Below, piece by piece: positions 13,751 through 26,790 of a stretch of 64,000 nt of DNA (positions within the stretch are counted from its first letter, which is position 1; each line of letters begins with the position of its first letter). The translations under genes were made by a program, and so were the position numbers. Under the pieces are notes generated by a model that worked only from the letters and a program-made list of their open reading frames with translations, did no database searches and was not told the DNA's origin. Source of the DNA: Octopus sinensis (lineage: Eukaryota); NCBI RefSeq assembly GCF_006345805.1, contig NC_042997.1, positions 52,514,001 to 52,578,000 on the forward strand. The letters run 5' to 3'.

Positions 13751-14871
13751 TTCAGATGTCCTCCAGAATATATACAATTCCTCGAAGGAAGGGGTTTCTG
13801 CGATTTTTTAGTGATCGAACGAATTTAATATTAATTACAAACTTGTAATCAGTTCAAATATGCTTGAGGAATATTCGAACCCGTAAAAAAGCCATAAACT
13901 GTATTTTGTCATGGAGAAAATTTCTTACAGAAGATAGGTAAGTGTAAGCACACCAAGTCAGTTCGCACTGTTCTCTAACCAGACTGGTGGATGCATGTGC
14001 CTTTCAGAGTGGTTATCTCCTTCAGCACTTGCGAACTGAAAGAGGTATAGGTCTTTCTTATTATATTCCCGTCATCGCACTATGACAGGTTGCGCTAATC
14101 GGCGGCTCGCCTTAAATAGGGAAAAGAGTTAAGCAGTGATGTGTATAAATACAAACTTGTTACCAGTTAAAATATGCTTCAGGTATAGGCGAGCTCTTAA
14201 GAAAGCCATTCACTGTATTTTGTCATAAAGAAAATTTCTTGCTGTAGACAGAGAGGCGTAAATTAAGCCTGTACATATATATGCAATATTGCCAATGAAC
14301 TTGAACGATAAACTGTCTAAAATGGAGGGGGACTTTTTTTTTTTTTGAAAGTGAGGGATTTTTGAAAGGTTAATCTTTTAAGGCAGCCCTTGAAGAGAGG
14401 AGGCATATCATTGTTAACATCACGATTGGTGATGAAAGGTCTTTGACTAATAAACAACCTATTGATTGTTTAACCAGCGCATTAAACAAACGATAGATTA
14501 GTTAGTTGAACGGATTTATTTCTTGATTTTGTTGTGGTCTATGCATATATGGACGTGTTATGTATATTGTATGCACTCATACTTGCATGCAATTTTTCAG
14601 GTATTTGAACTATAAAACTTAAACGTGCAGTTTTCTTTTGTCACTTATTGAACACAAAATCTGTAAACTATGAAACTGGCCTTCTCGTAGTTACCCAACA
14701 AGCTAGAAGTAATCCCATAAAATCAGAATCGCTTTGCCTTAAGTCAATTTATTCTCAAATATTTATTATAATTACTTAATGGAATTGACGAACGTTACAC
14801 ACGAAGAGCATGACTGCGTCTTTTATTCACTAATACACACATATACACACATATACACACACATACTTATA

Positions 14872-15110
14872 TCTAATATAAAAAATCCGTTCTGTCTGCC
14901 TGTCTGTGTGTCTTCTAGGATCTCGGGCATCCTCCATCCGATTGCACTCAAATTTGATATGTAGATACCGACGCTATCAGGGTGTGTATAAGTCTTGAAA
15001 AAATTACAAAAATCGATTCCAGGTGAGAATGCGATCGATAAAACCGTGGGAACGTGCATTTATACGCGCAAGTACATCAGCTGTTGCGATCGATACTACG
15101 CGTACGCGAG
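14872..15110 (+). mobile_element. Helitron-like 5' end
   Basis: A|TCtaatataaaaaatccgttctgtctgcctgtctg head resembles the 6790/8325 heads; no 3' CTRR hairpin found. Confidence 0.4.
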
Positions 15111-15451
15111 AAAATGCATGTGCAGTTTGCGCAAAAAAAGCCGGCTGGCTTGAAATAATGCCACAAAATGCAGTATATTCAAGAGACCCAAAATGTAAGA
15201 TGCAAAAGAGATATTTTGTTCAAACTTGGCATGAAGGAAGGAAAGACTATTTGGTTTCTCAAGAAGTTTATTTTTTTTTTTGCCTTAACTTCGTTTAACA
15301 AAACAAATTTTATTGAAATAAAGTCATGCTTAATTATTTTTTAATGAAAAGAAAAATGGTTGCTTTTTATTCAGCAGATATGATTCAGCACCGTCCATTG
15401 GACGGGGGCGGGGGCGTTTTGCTCGTATTGTATACAAACACACATGCGCAT

Positions 15452-15516
<65 letters not shown>

Positions 15517-15812
15517 TGAAGCCATTCAAACTGTACTTTTGTCTCGCTACTCAAGTTTCACGGCACTGCAGTCTCAATCATTTGGCGAGAACTTCTGTTT
15601 CAATAAACTATATACTCTCTACATAATGTACCGAGCACTCCTCTCTTATTCGTTCGACACAATTCGCCGTTCATGTCCGTGAGTATGTATACACATACAT
15701 ACATACATACATACATACATACATACATACATACATACATACATAACATATAATATATATATATATATATATATGTTCAAGAGAAAGTCGGGCTGCTACA
15801 ATCAGTAATGTA

Positions 15813-15848
<36 letters not shown>

Positions 15849-18099
15849 GTTCCTAAATGCAATTTACATGGAAGATGAATTATATCTGAACGCTTTACGT
15901 CTGGCTTATTTGCAATTTATAATCTTTTGTGACATCTTACTGGAAAGATGATTCCTGTATGTACTGACTCTATTCGCGAAAACATTCCGTTGGTATGTTT
16001 AGAGTACATTTGCAATTCTTTATGATACATTATATCGATGTTTTGACTTGAAAATAGGTTTTTCTCAAGAACAGAATAAAAGCAAATATCGGTGAATGCT
16101 TTATCTCAACTCGATCCGTCTCGTTCTGAAAAGATCATGTTCTTTAGCAAATTGTCATAAGAAGAACTTTCTCCAATGTTCGAAAATATTTAACGAACAA
16201 AGAAATACTGCGAGATTAATTGGTCTGTAGACATAATGGCTGCACAGTTTCAGATTAAGAATCAACCAATAAGTGTGAGGAATTCACTGATCGGTTACCT
16301 TTTAAAGCATTGTCGATTTTAAAGCTAACCTTCAAATACTTAAAAATCCTAAAATATGTGGGAATTTTTTCTCCTGGGTATGAGTGAACTTTCACTCTGA
16401 TACACCTAATTTTCTTAAGTTTGTGTATTTATATTGGTCGTATCCATCGACATATGGTTTAATGTAAGCCGTACATAAAAGGAAAGACCCATAAAAGGGT
16501 TAACTTAACAAGCTTTCTATTACCGCAGCTAAGATAAATTAATTATTAGAAAATACCACTACGGTTGATCAGCGGTGAGATATTTCTTTTTTCATGTGAT
16601 ATACATTTGAAATTTATTTCACTGGCTTAATGTTAGCAGCAGCTAACTATTTTTCCTGTTTTATTTATTTATGTATTTACTGTATTATTTACTTTTTGTC
16701 TGTTTTTTTTTTTTGAAAAAGAGCTTTACTTTTATTCTTAAACAGATGTTTCTAGACGTTCCTAACTTTTCCCTCAGCTTTCCCATTAAAAAAAAAAACA
16801 TGGTCTAAATAACCTGATAACCTTTTCAGTATCTTCAAGAAAGGCCGTTTTCTCTTTTCGTCAACACATCTCATAACCTTTCCCCTTTTCCAAAATAAAT
16901 AAACAAACAAACAAACAAACAAATAACTAACTAACTAAATAAATAAATAAAAGAAATCAGAATAAAGAAAGAGAAAAAGTTTTCCTTAAAAAAAAGAAGA
17001 AATATCGTAGCTTGCTTACAAAAGAAAAAATCAAAATAAGAAAATCAAATTCACACTTTTTAATATAAACAAGAAAGATTGAACCAAATAAATAAATAAA
17101 TAAACTAATTGGAAAACTAGAAAGAAGAAAGAGAGAAAGAAAGAAAGGATGAAAGAACGGAAGAAGGAAATAAATAAATAAAGAAAGGGTACGAGGATAG
17201 TAGAAAGAGGGGTATAGGGATGGGGTCAGTTTTCTTTCATTCTAAAGATTAACTTTCTTATGTCCGGGAACTAATATTTTCATTCCGACCAGGATTTGAC
17301 ATTGCTTTTATTATTTCATTCAGTACAACCACAGGGAAGCAATGGACGGTGGGCTGCTTTTAAAGAAATCATTTGATTTGAGTGGCGGTTTTACAAATAG
17401 ATGTGTGAAGGGGTTGTCACAAAGAATAAAAGGTCTCGGAAAAGGCACACACAAGGTGTAAAATGGATTAGGAAAGACAAATATATACAAATAGAATGAG
17501 ATGGAGACGAGAAAGAAGAATAGTATTGATATATAGAGAGAAAGCCAAAGAAGAAAAGGAAAAAAATGGGAAGGAAATATGATAGAATTATCCTTTGATT
17601 TACTTTTACTGTATATAATTAAATGGAGTAAGAGGAGAAGGAAAACCTAGAAGTGATGATGTATTAAGTAAAAACAACAAACATCAATAATAAGCTCAAC
17701 AATAGCGACTATGTTGACAATAAGTGAGCAGCAGAAACACAATACATTTATTGGTAGCTTTAGACGGAGGCCTTACAGTATTTAGTTATGTCCCTTTATG
17801 TTCTGCTATGAATCTTTACTGGAGTCGAATTTTTCTTTCATTTATCCTGGATTATTGACTATCGCTTACAGCCCTTTATTTTATCCACTCAGTTATAACT
17901 CAGTCTTTTTATTAAATGGGTTTTTCGCCAAATGAAAGTAAATAAATAAATAAATAAATACTTTTTGCGCTTTTGGAAGTACTAGTTTCCAGTAAGAGAG
18001 ATGAAGGCGATCGGAACAGTATTGTGCTCAAAATAATCTATGTAGCAATTCCTTGCCTTTGCGTTGGTAGGTTTTATTACATATGTTTTTATTTGAATA

Positions 18100-18345
18100 T
18101 ACATAAATATATACAACAGCAACAATAATAATAATCCCTTTAATAGTAGACAGAAGGTCTGAAAATTTGAACTCAGAACGTAAAGACAGATGAAATACCA
18201 ATTTCTTTATTACCCACAAGGGGCTAAACATAGAGGAAACAAACAAGGACAGACAAACGGATTAAGTCGAATACATCGACCCCAGTGCTTAACTGGTACT
18301 TAATTTATCGACCCCGAAAGGATGAAAGGCAAAGCCGCCCTCGAT
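18100..18345 (-). mobile_element. SINE family A (partial)
   Basis: Reverse complement of the family A body. Confidence 0.8.
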
Positions 18346-18742
18346 ATAAAAACGAGTGAAAAACTTGCGTATGAAAGCGTATGAAGAAAATATGAACGTC
18401 CTGACTTGAATTCCTTCTGGCTCTTTATGATGGACATTATTCTGGATTCCTTTTACCTTTATTAGTTTAACCATCTTATTTTAAAATTTTTTAGTTGCCT
18501 TGCTATATATATATTCATATTTTCTTCATGTATTTTCTTCATACGCTTTCATATGCATCGTTCTTTACAGGTTTTTCACACGTTTTTATATGTGTATATA
18601 TGTATATTCTTATACCTTCGGGTTTTATGTACTGAACGCCCAGGTATTTTAATATGTATGTATTTATGTTCAACGGTGTGAATATATGGAAATGAGATAA
18701 AGTTGTTTGTCCAATTTTGATGTTTATTTTTTAACCACTGAG

Positions 18743-18832
<90 letters not shown>

Positions 18833-18884
18833 TGTGTGTGTGTGTGTGTGTGTATGTAACTCTCCTTTTTTCTTTCTGTGTTCC

Positions 18885-18918
18885 TTTCTGTGGGAGAGCG
18901 TAGGCTCGAAACGTTAAA
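18885..18918 (+). ncRNA. Decayed minimal hammerhead motif within a repeat (sister of 26209-26246)
   Basis: UUU-CUGUGGG-A-GAGC-guag-GCUC-GAAA-CG-UU|AAA; core deviates at positions 6 and 9. Confidence 0.4.
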
Positions 18919-20253
18919 AACTTTTACACTTCCCGAGCGTTATACTAATACATCTGTTTGTTGTCTATACCACCTGTCTTCGTCTTTTTTTGTGTGTGTG
19001 AATTCTCCCTATATATATGTGTGAGTGTGTGTGTGTTTGTGTGTATGTGTGTGTGTGTGTGTGAAAGACCTCAATTTTACTATACTGCATATGATATAAT
19101 AAACAGAGTAGTCTATAATATCATATATTATCGCATGTCCGTGGTGCCTTTCACCAGGATGCATCTGACCAACGCCTTCCCTTAGGTTTATTTAGAGGAC
19201 AATCCTCTCTCTATATATATAACCCAAGATTGGAATACCGTTACTGATAATGTACAGGCACGCGCTGATGTTCAATATTTATAAAGGTTCCTTGTGATCG
19301 CCAAATGTGGAGCACGCTCTTCCTTAGCTGCAGTCTTGGATCAAGCGTAGATTGGCTTGTGATATTTGGAATATTGCAACGCGTTCACAATCCCCTACTG
19401 GTTGGAATATGCTATCGATGGAACATCTATGCTAGCACTCTGTGCAAAGTTACTGCTGAGCATGAGACGCGTCGACAATTACCAGCCAACAAGTGTGTTC
19501 CTGAGAACTTTGCTACTAGGAGGCTTGGAAGTGTAATCGAGAAGCTTGACAGTGATATAGGGAGGCATTTCCGGTTCGAGATAAGTTCTATAGATGTGGA
19601 ATTACTGTCAATCGGGCTTGTTCCAGAAATGCAGAGAGTGATGAACTCATTCTTCATTCATTTGTTCAGCGTCTGTTAATGTACATGAAATGATCCCGGC
19701 TGGACCCTATTTCTCTGATGAAGTAGTTATCATTTTCAAGTTCTACTTGTATTAGAGATGGTTGGGTGATGAAAAATGAGTGCAAGTGTATACGTGAAAC
19801 TAGATCTAGAATTCTGCTTGGAGATTGCAGTCAAGAGAGGGGACACGATGAATCAAAAGTTTTTCTTTGGTCCTTTTTGTCAACTTAAATTTTTGGAATA
19901 TCTAAACATCCACCCCTGGATATAATTCAAGTATTAAGATTTTAATACTTGTATTGTAACTACAATATCATTACTGCTGCAGTAACTCGGTTAAACTACT
20001 AACTCGCACACACTCAAATTTATATATTATATAATCAGTGCACATTGCACGGGCATATCAGGAATTGAACCCGGAACTTTGAGTTTAGATATAGAATCGA
20101 TTGGCCTATGGTTTCCAATGACTGGATGAGACGCACTTGTCCATTTCTTGTTAGTGAAAGTGCGCTGCGGCCTGTTTCCACGAATGAAGATTGTAAGTTG
20201 ACATCTTTGAAATTATAGGAAATCCTAATTCCCTTTCATAATTCTAAGACAAT

Positions 20254-20495
20254 CTAGATCATTCTGTATGCAATGTGATATTTTTTGCTCCAAATCTGAA
20301 ATATAAAATCTCGTTCTTTTGGCGATAGACACGGGCATTCAATAAGTTCCAGAAACGTTTGACCTTCGAGACCTTCGAATCTAGCTCTTACCGAACACAG
20401 TGAGATGCCTAATGTATTCTTCGGTACTTCTAAATGATAACATTTCAATGTGAACATTTCTCTGACTTTCGAACAATTATCAACGGCTGTCTTAG
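20254..20495 (-). CDS. Candidate terminal coding exon, BTB-BACK (BTBD1/2/3/6-like) C-terminal-like
   Basis: Acceptor ttcatttttAG at 20497-20496; open 80 codons to TAG; KNTLGISLCSVRARFEGLEGQTFLELIECPCLSPKERDFIF resembles the LG..L..IRFP.M...F......L.D.E...LF pattern. Judged by eye only. Confidence 0.4.
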
Positions 20496-20844
20496 CTAAA
20501 AATGAATTGCAAATACACACTCTCCTTGCCTTACAATCTGTTTGTGTTATAGTTCTATGTAACAAATTCTTTTTCATTTTTTTTTGTCCTTTCTACCTCA
20601 TACATGCTTTCTCAGAAAAGCGTTATCTTTTCAGTTAGATAATATGAATAAAAATAAATGCTATATAATCCTCCTCCTCCTTTCGTTATATGCTGTTTAA
20701 TACTCATTGCTCAGATGCTCCAAACCCCTCACATTAGACACGTTTCTGCTATACTGAACGACTATCGGTTACTTTTAGTCTTCCGACGTGTGTGTTGTTA
20801 GAAGTATGTGGTTTCACTGTGTGCGTCGTTTATTGGTTAAACCG

Positions 20845-21430
20845 ATACTGTTCTTTTCTACTCTAGGCACAAGGCCCGAAATTTTAGGGAAGGGGCCAGT
20901 CGATTAGATCGACCCCAGTATGCAACTGGTACTTGATTTATCGATCCCGAAAGGATGAAAGGCAAAGTCGACCTTGGTGGAATTTGAACTCAGAACGTCA
21001 AGACAGACGAAATACCTATTTCTATTTCTTTATTACCCACAAGGGGCTAAACACAAAGGGGACAAACAAGGACAGACATAGTTATTAAGTCGATTATATC
21101 GACTCCAGTGCGTAACTGGTACTTATTTAATCGACCCCGAAAGTATGAAAGGCAAAGTCGACCTCGGCGGAATTTGAACACAACGTAGCGGCAGACGAAA
21201 TACCACTAAGCATTTCGCCCGGCGTGCTAACGTTTCTTATTTCTTTATTGCCCACAAGGGGGTAAATATAGAGGGGACAAACAAGGACAGACAAAGGGAT
21301 TAAGTCGATTACATTGACCCCAGTGCGTAACTGGTACTTATTTAATCGACCTCGGCGGAATTTGAATTGGGAATGTAGCGGCAGACGAAATACTGCTAAG
21401 CATTTCCCTGGCGTGCTAACGTTTCTGCCA
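20845..21430 (-). mobile_element. Three tandem SINE family A units
   Basis: Repeated atcgaccccgaaaggatgaaaggcaaagtcgacctcggcggaatttgaac blocks. Confidence 0.85.
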
Positions 21431-21752
21431 GCTCGCCGCCTTAGAATAGCCATTTATTTAATCTTTAAAATGCTTTGAAGTTGATTGTAGATCATGTAAT
21501 TGTATATTCTACATTGAATACGATAGGAAGTCTAATATAAAGCGCTATATAGAAAATGTAAAGTACAAACGATGTATGCTGTCTCGGTCCCACGATTACA
21601 AAAATAACGACTTTCTTGAAGACAAAATAATAACGATAGAAGCTACAATGGCTTTCAACACTTTTCTGGCCATGGGAATTTCTTTTTCTGTTCAAACGTG
21701 ATGTCGTCGCGTTTCATTGAAGTATTTCATAGTTTAGAAGAAGTAACTTATT

Positions 21753-21807
<55 letters not shown>

Positions 21808-22596
21808 AAAGAATCGAAGGAAAGTTTTACCCCTCTAAGTGGCTGTATAGAGCTTGTCTTAACAGTGGCAATATTACGTTGAGCAAAAAAAAAAAAAATT
21901 AAATTCCAACTTGAAGTGGATAATTATTACAGCATTTGCTATGACTGTCTGTGAAATAGATTTTATCTCTTGAATTTGATGGTTTTACATGGCTGTTACT
22001 AAATATTCTTCCTACATGAAAACAAGTGTAGTGTTAAATAAGAAGAGGATAAAAATTGACGATTTTTTTTTTCGGTTAGAGGCTGTAATTTGAACAAGAG
22101 ATAGAATGTAAATCTGAAGATTGAAAAAAAAGTTATACCACGAAAAAAACAAGCATTCAGAATTAAAAGAACCATTTTTATTGCTGGGAATTTTATGCCA
22201 GTATTTGTGCTGAATACGAGCTCCTAATGCTAATGCCGAGCGTGTTTTGCTAATGAATGTTCAATGGCTAAATGAATGAAATAGTTTGGATACAGCTACA
22301 ATAGAAGATATTAACAACGAACTAGGACCTAGACCAACAGGGCAAGAGATTTTATAGTCAAATTCTACGAAACAAAGGCCTGCTAAGAAAAGCTAGGTTA
22401 TCTACGAAATATAATTAAAAGTAGATACTCAAATGCTTATGTTTAATTATTTTGTTAAAATAAATTATTTAATACTAATATCAACGTGTTTAGATACGCG
22501 TACATATATTAGAATTCATTTGAATCTAAATGCAAAGATACTTTGTATTTGTGTTTACCAAATCTGGCAAACTTATATATAAATAACTAAATATAT

Positions 22597-23233
22597 AAGC
22601 ATTAATAAATCTCCGAACGAGATGTAAACAGTAACCGCTCGACAACGCAAAGTGTACTAGCCATCTGAATGTGACTAGCCACTGGGGGTGGGTGTTACTG
22701 ACGCTTTTAGCCCCAGGAGATCGACATCTCCAGCTGGCCTTAGACACAATTTCAGTGCCCTTGTGTTATTTGCAAAGGGAGGTCATCCTCCCTCGAAAAC
22801 CTAAGTGATACATACGGACTATAGTTTCAAGGTTTTTGCCTCTGAGGCTAGCCACATTCAGATGGCTAGTACACTTTACGTTGTCGAGCGGTTACTGTTT
22901 ACATCTCGTTCGGAGATTTATTAATGCTTTCAGACAGTTTTTCTAAATCAGTGACTGTGGTTGCTGGGAAAAACGTTAAATATTATTTGCAAAGGTCTCA
23001 TCATCGAAAACCGGTGTTTACCATACGTTGACGAGAGGCAAAAACCTTGAAACTATAGTCCGTATGTATCACTTAGGTTTTCGAGGGAGGATGACCTCCC
23101 TTTGCAAATAACACAAGGGCACTGAAATTGTGTCTAAGGCCAGCTGGAGACGTCGATCTCCTGGGGCTAAAAGCGTCAGTAATACCCACCCCCAGTGGCT
23201 AGCCACATTCAGATGGCTAGTTCACTTTACGTT
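22597..23233. repeat. Compound inverted repeat A-B-A'-C-B'-a'
   Basis: A 22597-22680 / A' 22846-22929; B 22681-22843 / B' 23034-23196; partial a' 23197-23233; near-perfect complementarity. Confidence 0.92.
23022..23066 (+). ncRNA. Type I hammerhead ribozyme (U3 variant)
   Basis: CAUACG-UUGACGA-GAGG-caaaaa-CCUU-GAAA-C-uaua-GUC|CGUAUG: perfect 6 bp stem I, 4 bp stem II, palindromic ACUAUAGU stem III, GUC site. Confidence 0.75.
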
Positions 23234-23699
23234 AAATATATAAATATTTATGAAAACATAAAAAAGGAAAGTTAACTGAAATAAAGAGGAAATAAAGTAT
23301 TACTGATTTAGTTTAATGAAGTTGGCAGTTATATATAGAAGTGAAGTGGAATGTTCTGAGTTTTTATCAACAATAGAGTAAACTTTTCGGACAGCATCTG
23401 GTTCGTTAGACTTAGAGGATCAGACTTCGAATTTCAATAGATTTACAAAATAGTGTCTAAGATAAAATGAAACCGCGATTAAATAAGCACAAGTTTGAGT
23501 GGGCACCAGTGAAGATAAGCTTATATATATATTTTTTATTACAGTAGATGTTATCGTAAATTAATTTAGAGTTAAGAAAACTTCTACAAAATGAAACCAC
23601 TCGAGAATTTCCTAAAAGGCAAAAAATATATTATTGACAAAAGAATACGACTTTTCATAGGAAATCTCGAAGGTAACGTTATCGCTGTACACACAAATA

Positions 23700-23748
23700 T
23701 ATTAAGTGTGTATATATAATATAGGCGTATGTATATATGTATGTATCC

Positions 23749-23781
<33 letters not shown>

Positions 23782-23813
23782 CACATATGTATATGTATAT
23801 ATCTATATCTATC

Positions 23814-23846
<33 letters not shown>

Positions 23847-23849
23847 GTA

Positions 23850-23894
<45 letters not shown>

Positions 23895-23942
23895 ATATAT
23901 ATAATATATATATATATAATATATATATATATATGTATATAT

Positions 23943-23979
<37 letters not shown>

Positions 23980-24011
23980 TATATATATATATATATAGAT
24001 ATATATATATA

Positions 24012-24075
<64 letters not shown>
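23700..24075. repeat. Compound (TG)/(TA)/(CA) microsatellite
   Basis: Direct reading. Confidence 0.9.
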
Positions 24076-24080
<5 letters not shown>

Positions 24081-25426
24081 CATGTTACATTATATTATGT
24101 ATGTGTATGTATGTTCACTTGTTTCAATTCTGTGAAACAGAAATTTAGCTTTCTCTGGTGTACAACTGTCGACTTACGCCTAACTGTAATCAAACTCAAT
24201 CTTTGGCGCCTCACTATCTTTTCTTTAGAGGTGTTACATTTTTTCATGTAGAAAACGTATAACATTTATGATACTTAGCAATTTATTAGCCACAGGGGCT
24301 TAAAAGACGCACCTCAGTTTCGGCAGTACTCTTCCTGACAAATACATACATATATATATAAAAAAAGAAGTTTTCTCCTGATATTTGTAGCTTTCACCTT
24401 TGTTAGGTTATTACTCCTCATTAATATAAAAAGTTTCGTAACGGGAATACACGATCAAAGACAAAAAACTTCTAGATTAATGAATTTGTCAGAAAGAGAC
24501 CCAAGGAAGGAAAGCTAACATAATTTAGAATGCCAGCAACAACGGGATTTTGGAGGAATCTCAAGTATATCTATTAAAAGTAAAACAGAAGCCGATGTAG
24601 GTAATATGGAAGAGAAAAAGGAGGGTAAATTTTGACAGTGAATCAAAAACTAGACAATATCAATGAAAAAATCATTAGAATGGCATACTTCTAGATATAG
24701 TCAAAGAATTTAACTTCACATAATCAATAAATCTTATATTATTATTTATAGGGAAATTTTGTTTTTGATCAATCCGGGACAGTCGTCTTTTCTTAAAAAG
24801 CTTTATGGTTTTACTAGCCTCTGTTTCTCAATTTAATTTGACATGTTTTGTCTTTCTCTAAATTCTAACATTGCCTGAAAATTTGAGAAAGGGCATAATT
24901 TCTCAAACCGATAGTTGCTCCCTCCAAATATTAGCAAAAGTTCTTACCGCTTCCTTTTTTTTTTTTATTAATGAAAATTCAAAGTAGTTTGCATCCATAT
25001 AGTTCTTTCTTTGTTATGGTGTTGGAAAATTTAAGAAGTTTAACCATCCTCTTTTCAATCCTAACTGTCCCCTACTATATAAAACACTGACATAGTCAAT
25101 CAACACGACATCAATACTTAAAAACTAAGCTACTGTTAGATAGCATCCGAAATTTACAATTTATAGGTTTGCTTTGAAAAATACTGGAAATTTCAACAGT
25201 TGGATCAAGGATATCATTTGCGCAAACTTGTTGCGAATCTTTTAAATAATTTGCTTAATCTGACTTTACTTCGATTGTTAAAAAGACCGAATAATTGGTA
25301 AAGAATCATTCATTGATTAAGAAGTTCTTGAAAGACGCTTTCCAATATCACAATTTCAAAACAACATCCAATTTCGCTCCAAACTTTACTCAGATATTAA
25401 CGTCACTCAGAGATGCAGTGTGAAGA

Positions 25427-25690
25427 TGCGTGGTTTAGTGACTCGAGTATTATATTCACGAGCATAAAATCATGGTTTCGATTCCCAGAACAAGTAGCAC
25501 GTTGTCTTCTGGATTAAAATACTTTATTTCATGTTGCTCCAGTCCATTCAGCTGTAAATGAGTTCCACCAATAGCTGAGAAGTTAACCAGTGGGTGAGGG
25601 AGTATTGTAATCTCAGTCATTTGTACGTGACAGAAACCGGGTTCAGCTTCGACCTTACGAGTTCTAGGGCTCATAACAGACTTAAGACCT
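25427..25690 (+). mobile_element. tRNA-derived SINE (family C)
   Basis: A-box-like tggtttagtg and B-box-like ggtttcgattcc; related head at 50906. Confidence 0.55.
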
Positions 25691-25815
25691 AAGCAGAGAC
25701 AGATTGTTTGTTTGTGCTCTAAATTCTTTTGTATGCTTTTCCCATAGAGGGGAATTGGTTGGTCATACATACATACATGTATGCGTGCGTGCGTGAGTGG
25801 TGTGTGTGTGTGTGT

Positions 25816-25855
<40 letters not shown>

Positions 25856-26208
25856 CAGTTTTTCAATTCTGTGAAACTAACACAGATTTAGCTTTCCCTG
25901 GTATACTACTGTCGACTTATACTCTAACTAATCAAACTCAGTCTTTGCCACCTCACTATTTCGTTTATTCTTTTACTTGTTTTAGTCATTTAACTGCGGC
26001 CATGCTGGAGCACCACCTTAGAGGTGCTACATTTTTCTTTTTAGAAAAAGTTCATACTTAGCAACTCATTAGTCACAGAGACTTCAAAGACACACCTCAA
26101 TTTAGGCAGTCCCCTTCTTGTTCAAATTAACAGAAAACAAAAAGACGAAGACAAGCGAGGGAACAACAAGCAGGTATATTGGTTTGACTCACGAGAAAAA
26201 TAGAAAAG

Positions 26209-26246
26209 TCTTTGACGTTTCGAGCCCACGCTCTTCGACAGAAAGA
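26209..26246 (-). ncRNA. Minimal type I hammerhead motif (U6 variant)
   Basis: UCUUU-CUGUCGA-A-GAGC-gugg-GCUC-GAAA-CG-UC|AAAGA: 5 bp stem I, palindromic ACGU stem III, GUC site. Confidence 0.65.
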
Positions 26247-26343
26247 GTTGAGAATAAAAAAAATGGAGAGAGAACAAAAAAAAAAAAAAAACGGAGAGAG
26301 GAAAATATATGTTGGGATTAACGATTCAACATGATGGAAAAAA

Positions 26344-26790
26344 ATATATGCAATCACATCTGTATATCCCTGAACGTTCTCTTCTCTAGATATCGTTTCT
26401 CACTTTCTTTTCACTCATTCTCATCCCTCGTTCGTATTTCTCAAACACAGTTCGCGCTCATTTCCCTTCCTATATGTATAAATACACATGTCTGCATTCT
26501 CATTATAAGCCTAACTTTAACTTGGCAGTTGTATGTCTGTACTATGATTTCCTAAAGTTTAATTTCCACAATTAAGACACTTAAATGACATCTCCTTAAA
26601 AGTCAGGCTAGAGTTAAGTTTATAATGAGAATGCAGACTTGTGTGTTTATGTATAAAAGAAAGGAAATAAGAGTAAGCAGTGTTAGAGATATACGTATAA
26701 AGGGATAGGAATGGGTAGAAAGAGTGAGGAACGTTGTCTGGAGTTAGAAGACGTTCAGAGAGATATACAAATATGTGATTGTATATATGC
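26344..26790. repeat. Old fold-back (~185 bp arms, clearly diverged)
   Basis: 26344-26525 is complementary to ~26601-26790 (e.g. gtctgcattctcattataa / ttataatgagaatgcagac). Confidence 0.75.

Noticed and set aside
16130-16330. Possible mariner HTH relic
   Set aside because: Similarity too weak and no TIR found.
19305-19679. 124 aa ORF (LLVGICYR) as a LINE endonuclease or exon
   Set aside because: Only one short motif; catalytic residues not found; left unassigned.
20050-20115. tRNA gene on the minus strand (gggttcaattcc B box)
   Set aside because: No cloverleaf; at most a decayed SINE head.
23706-24251. Long YI/CV/HT-repeat ORFs here and at 5.9, 31.2, 34.7, 44.5, 47.9 and 61.1 kb
   Set aside because: Di- and tetranucleotide microsatellites lack stops by composition.
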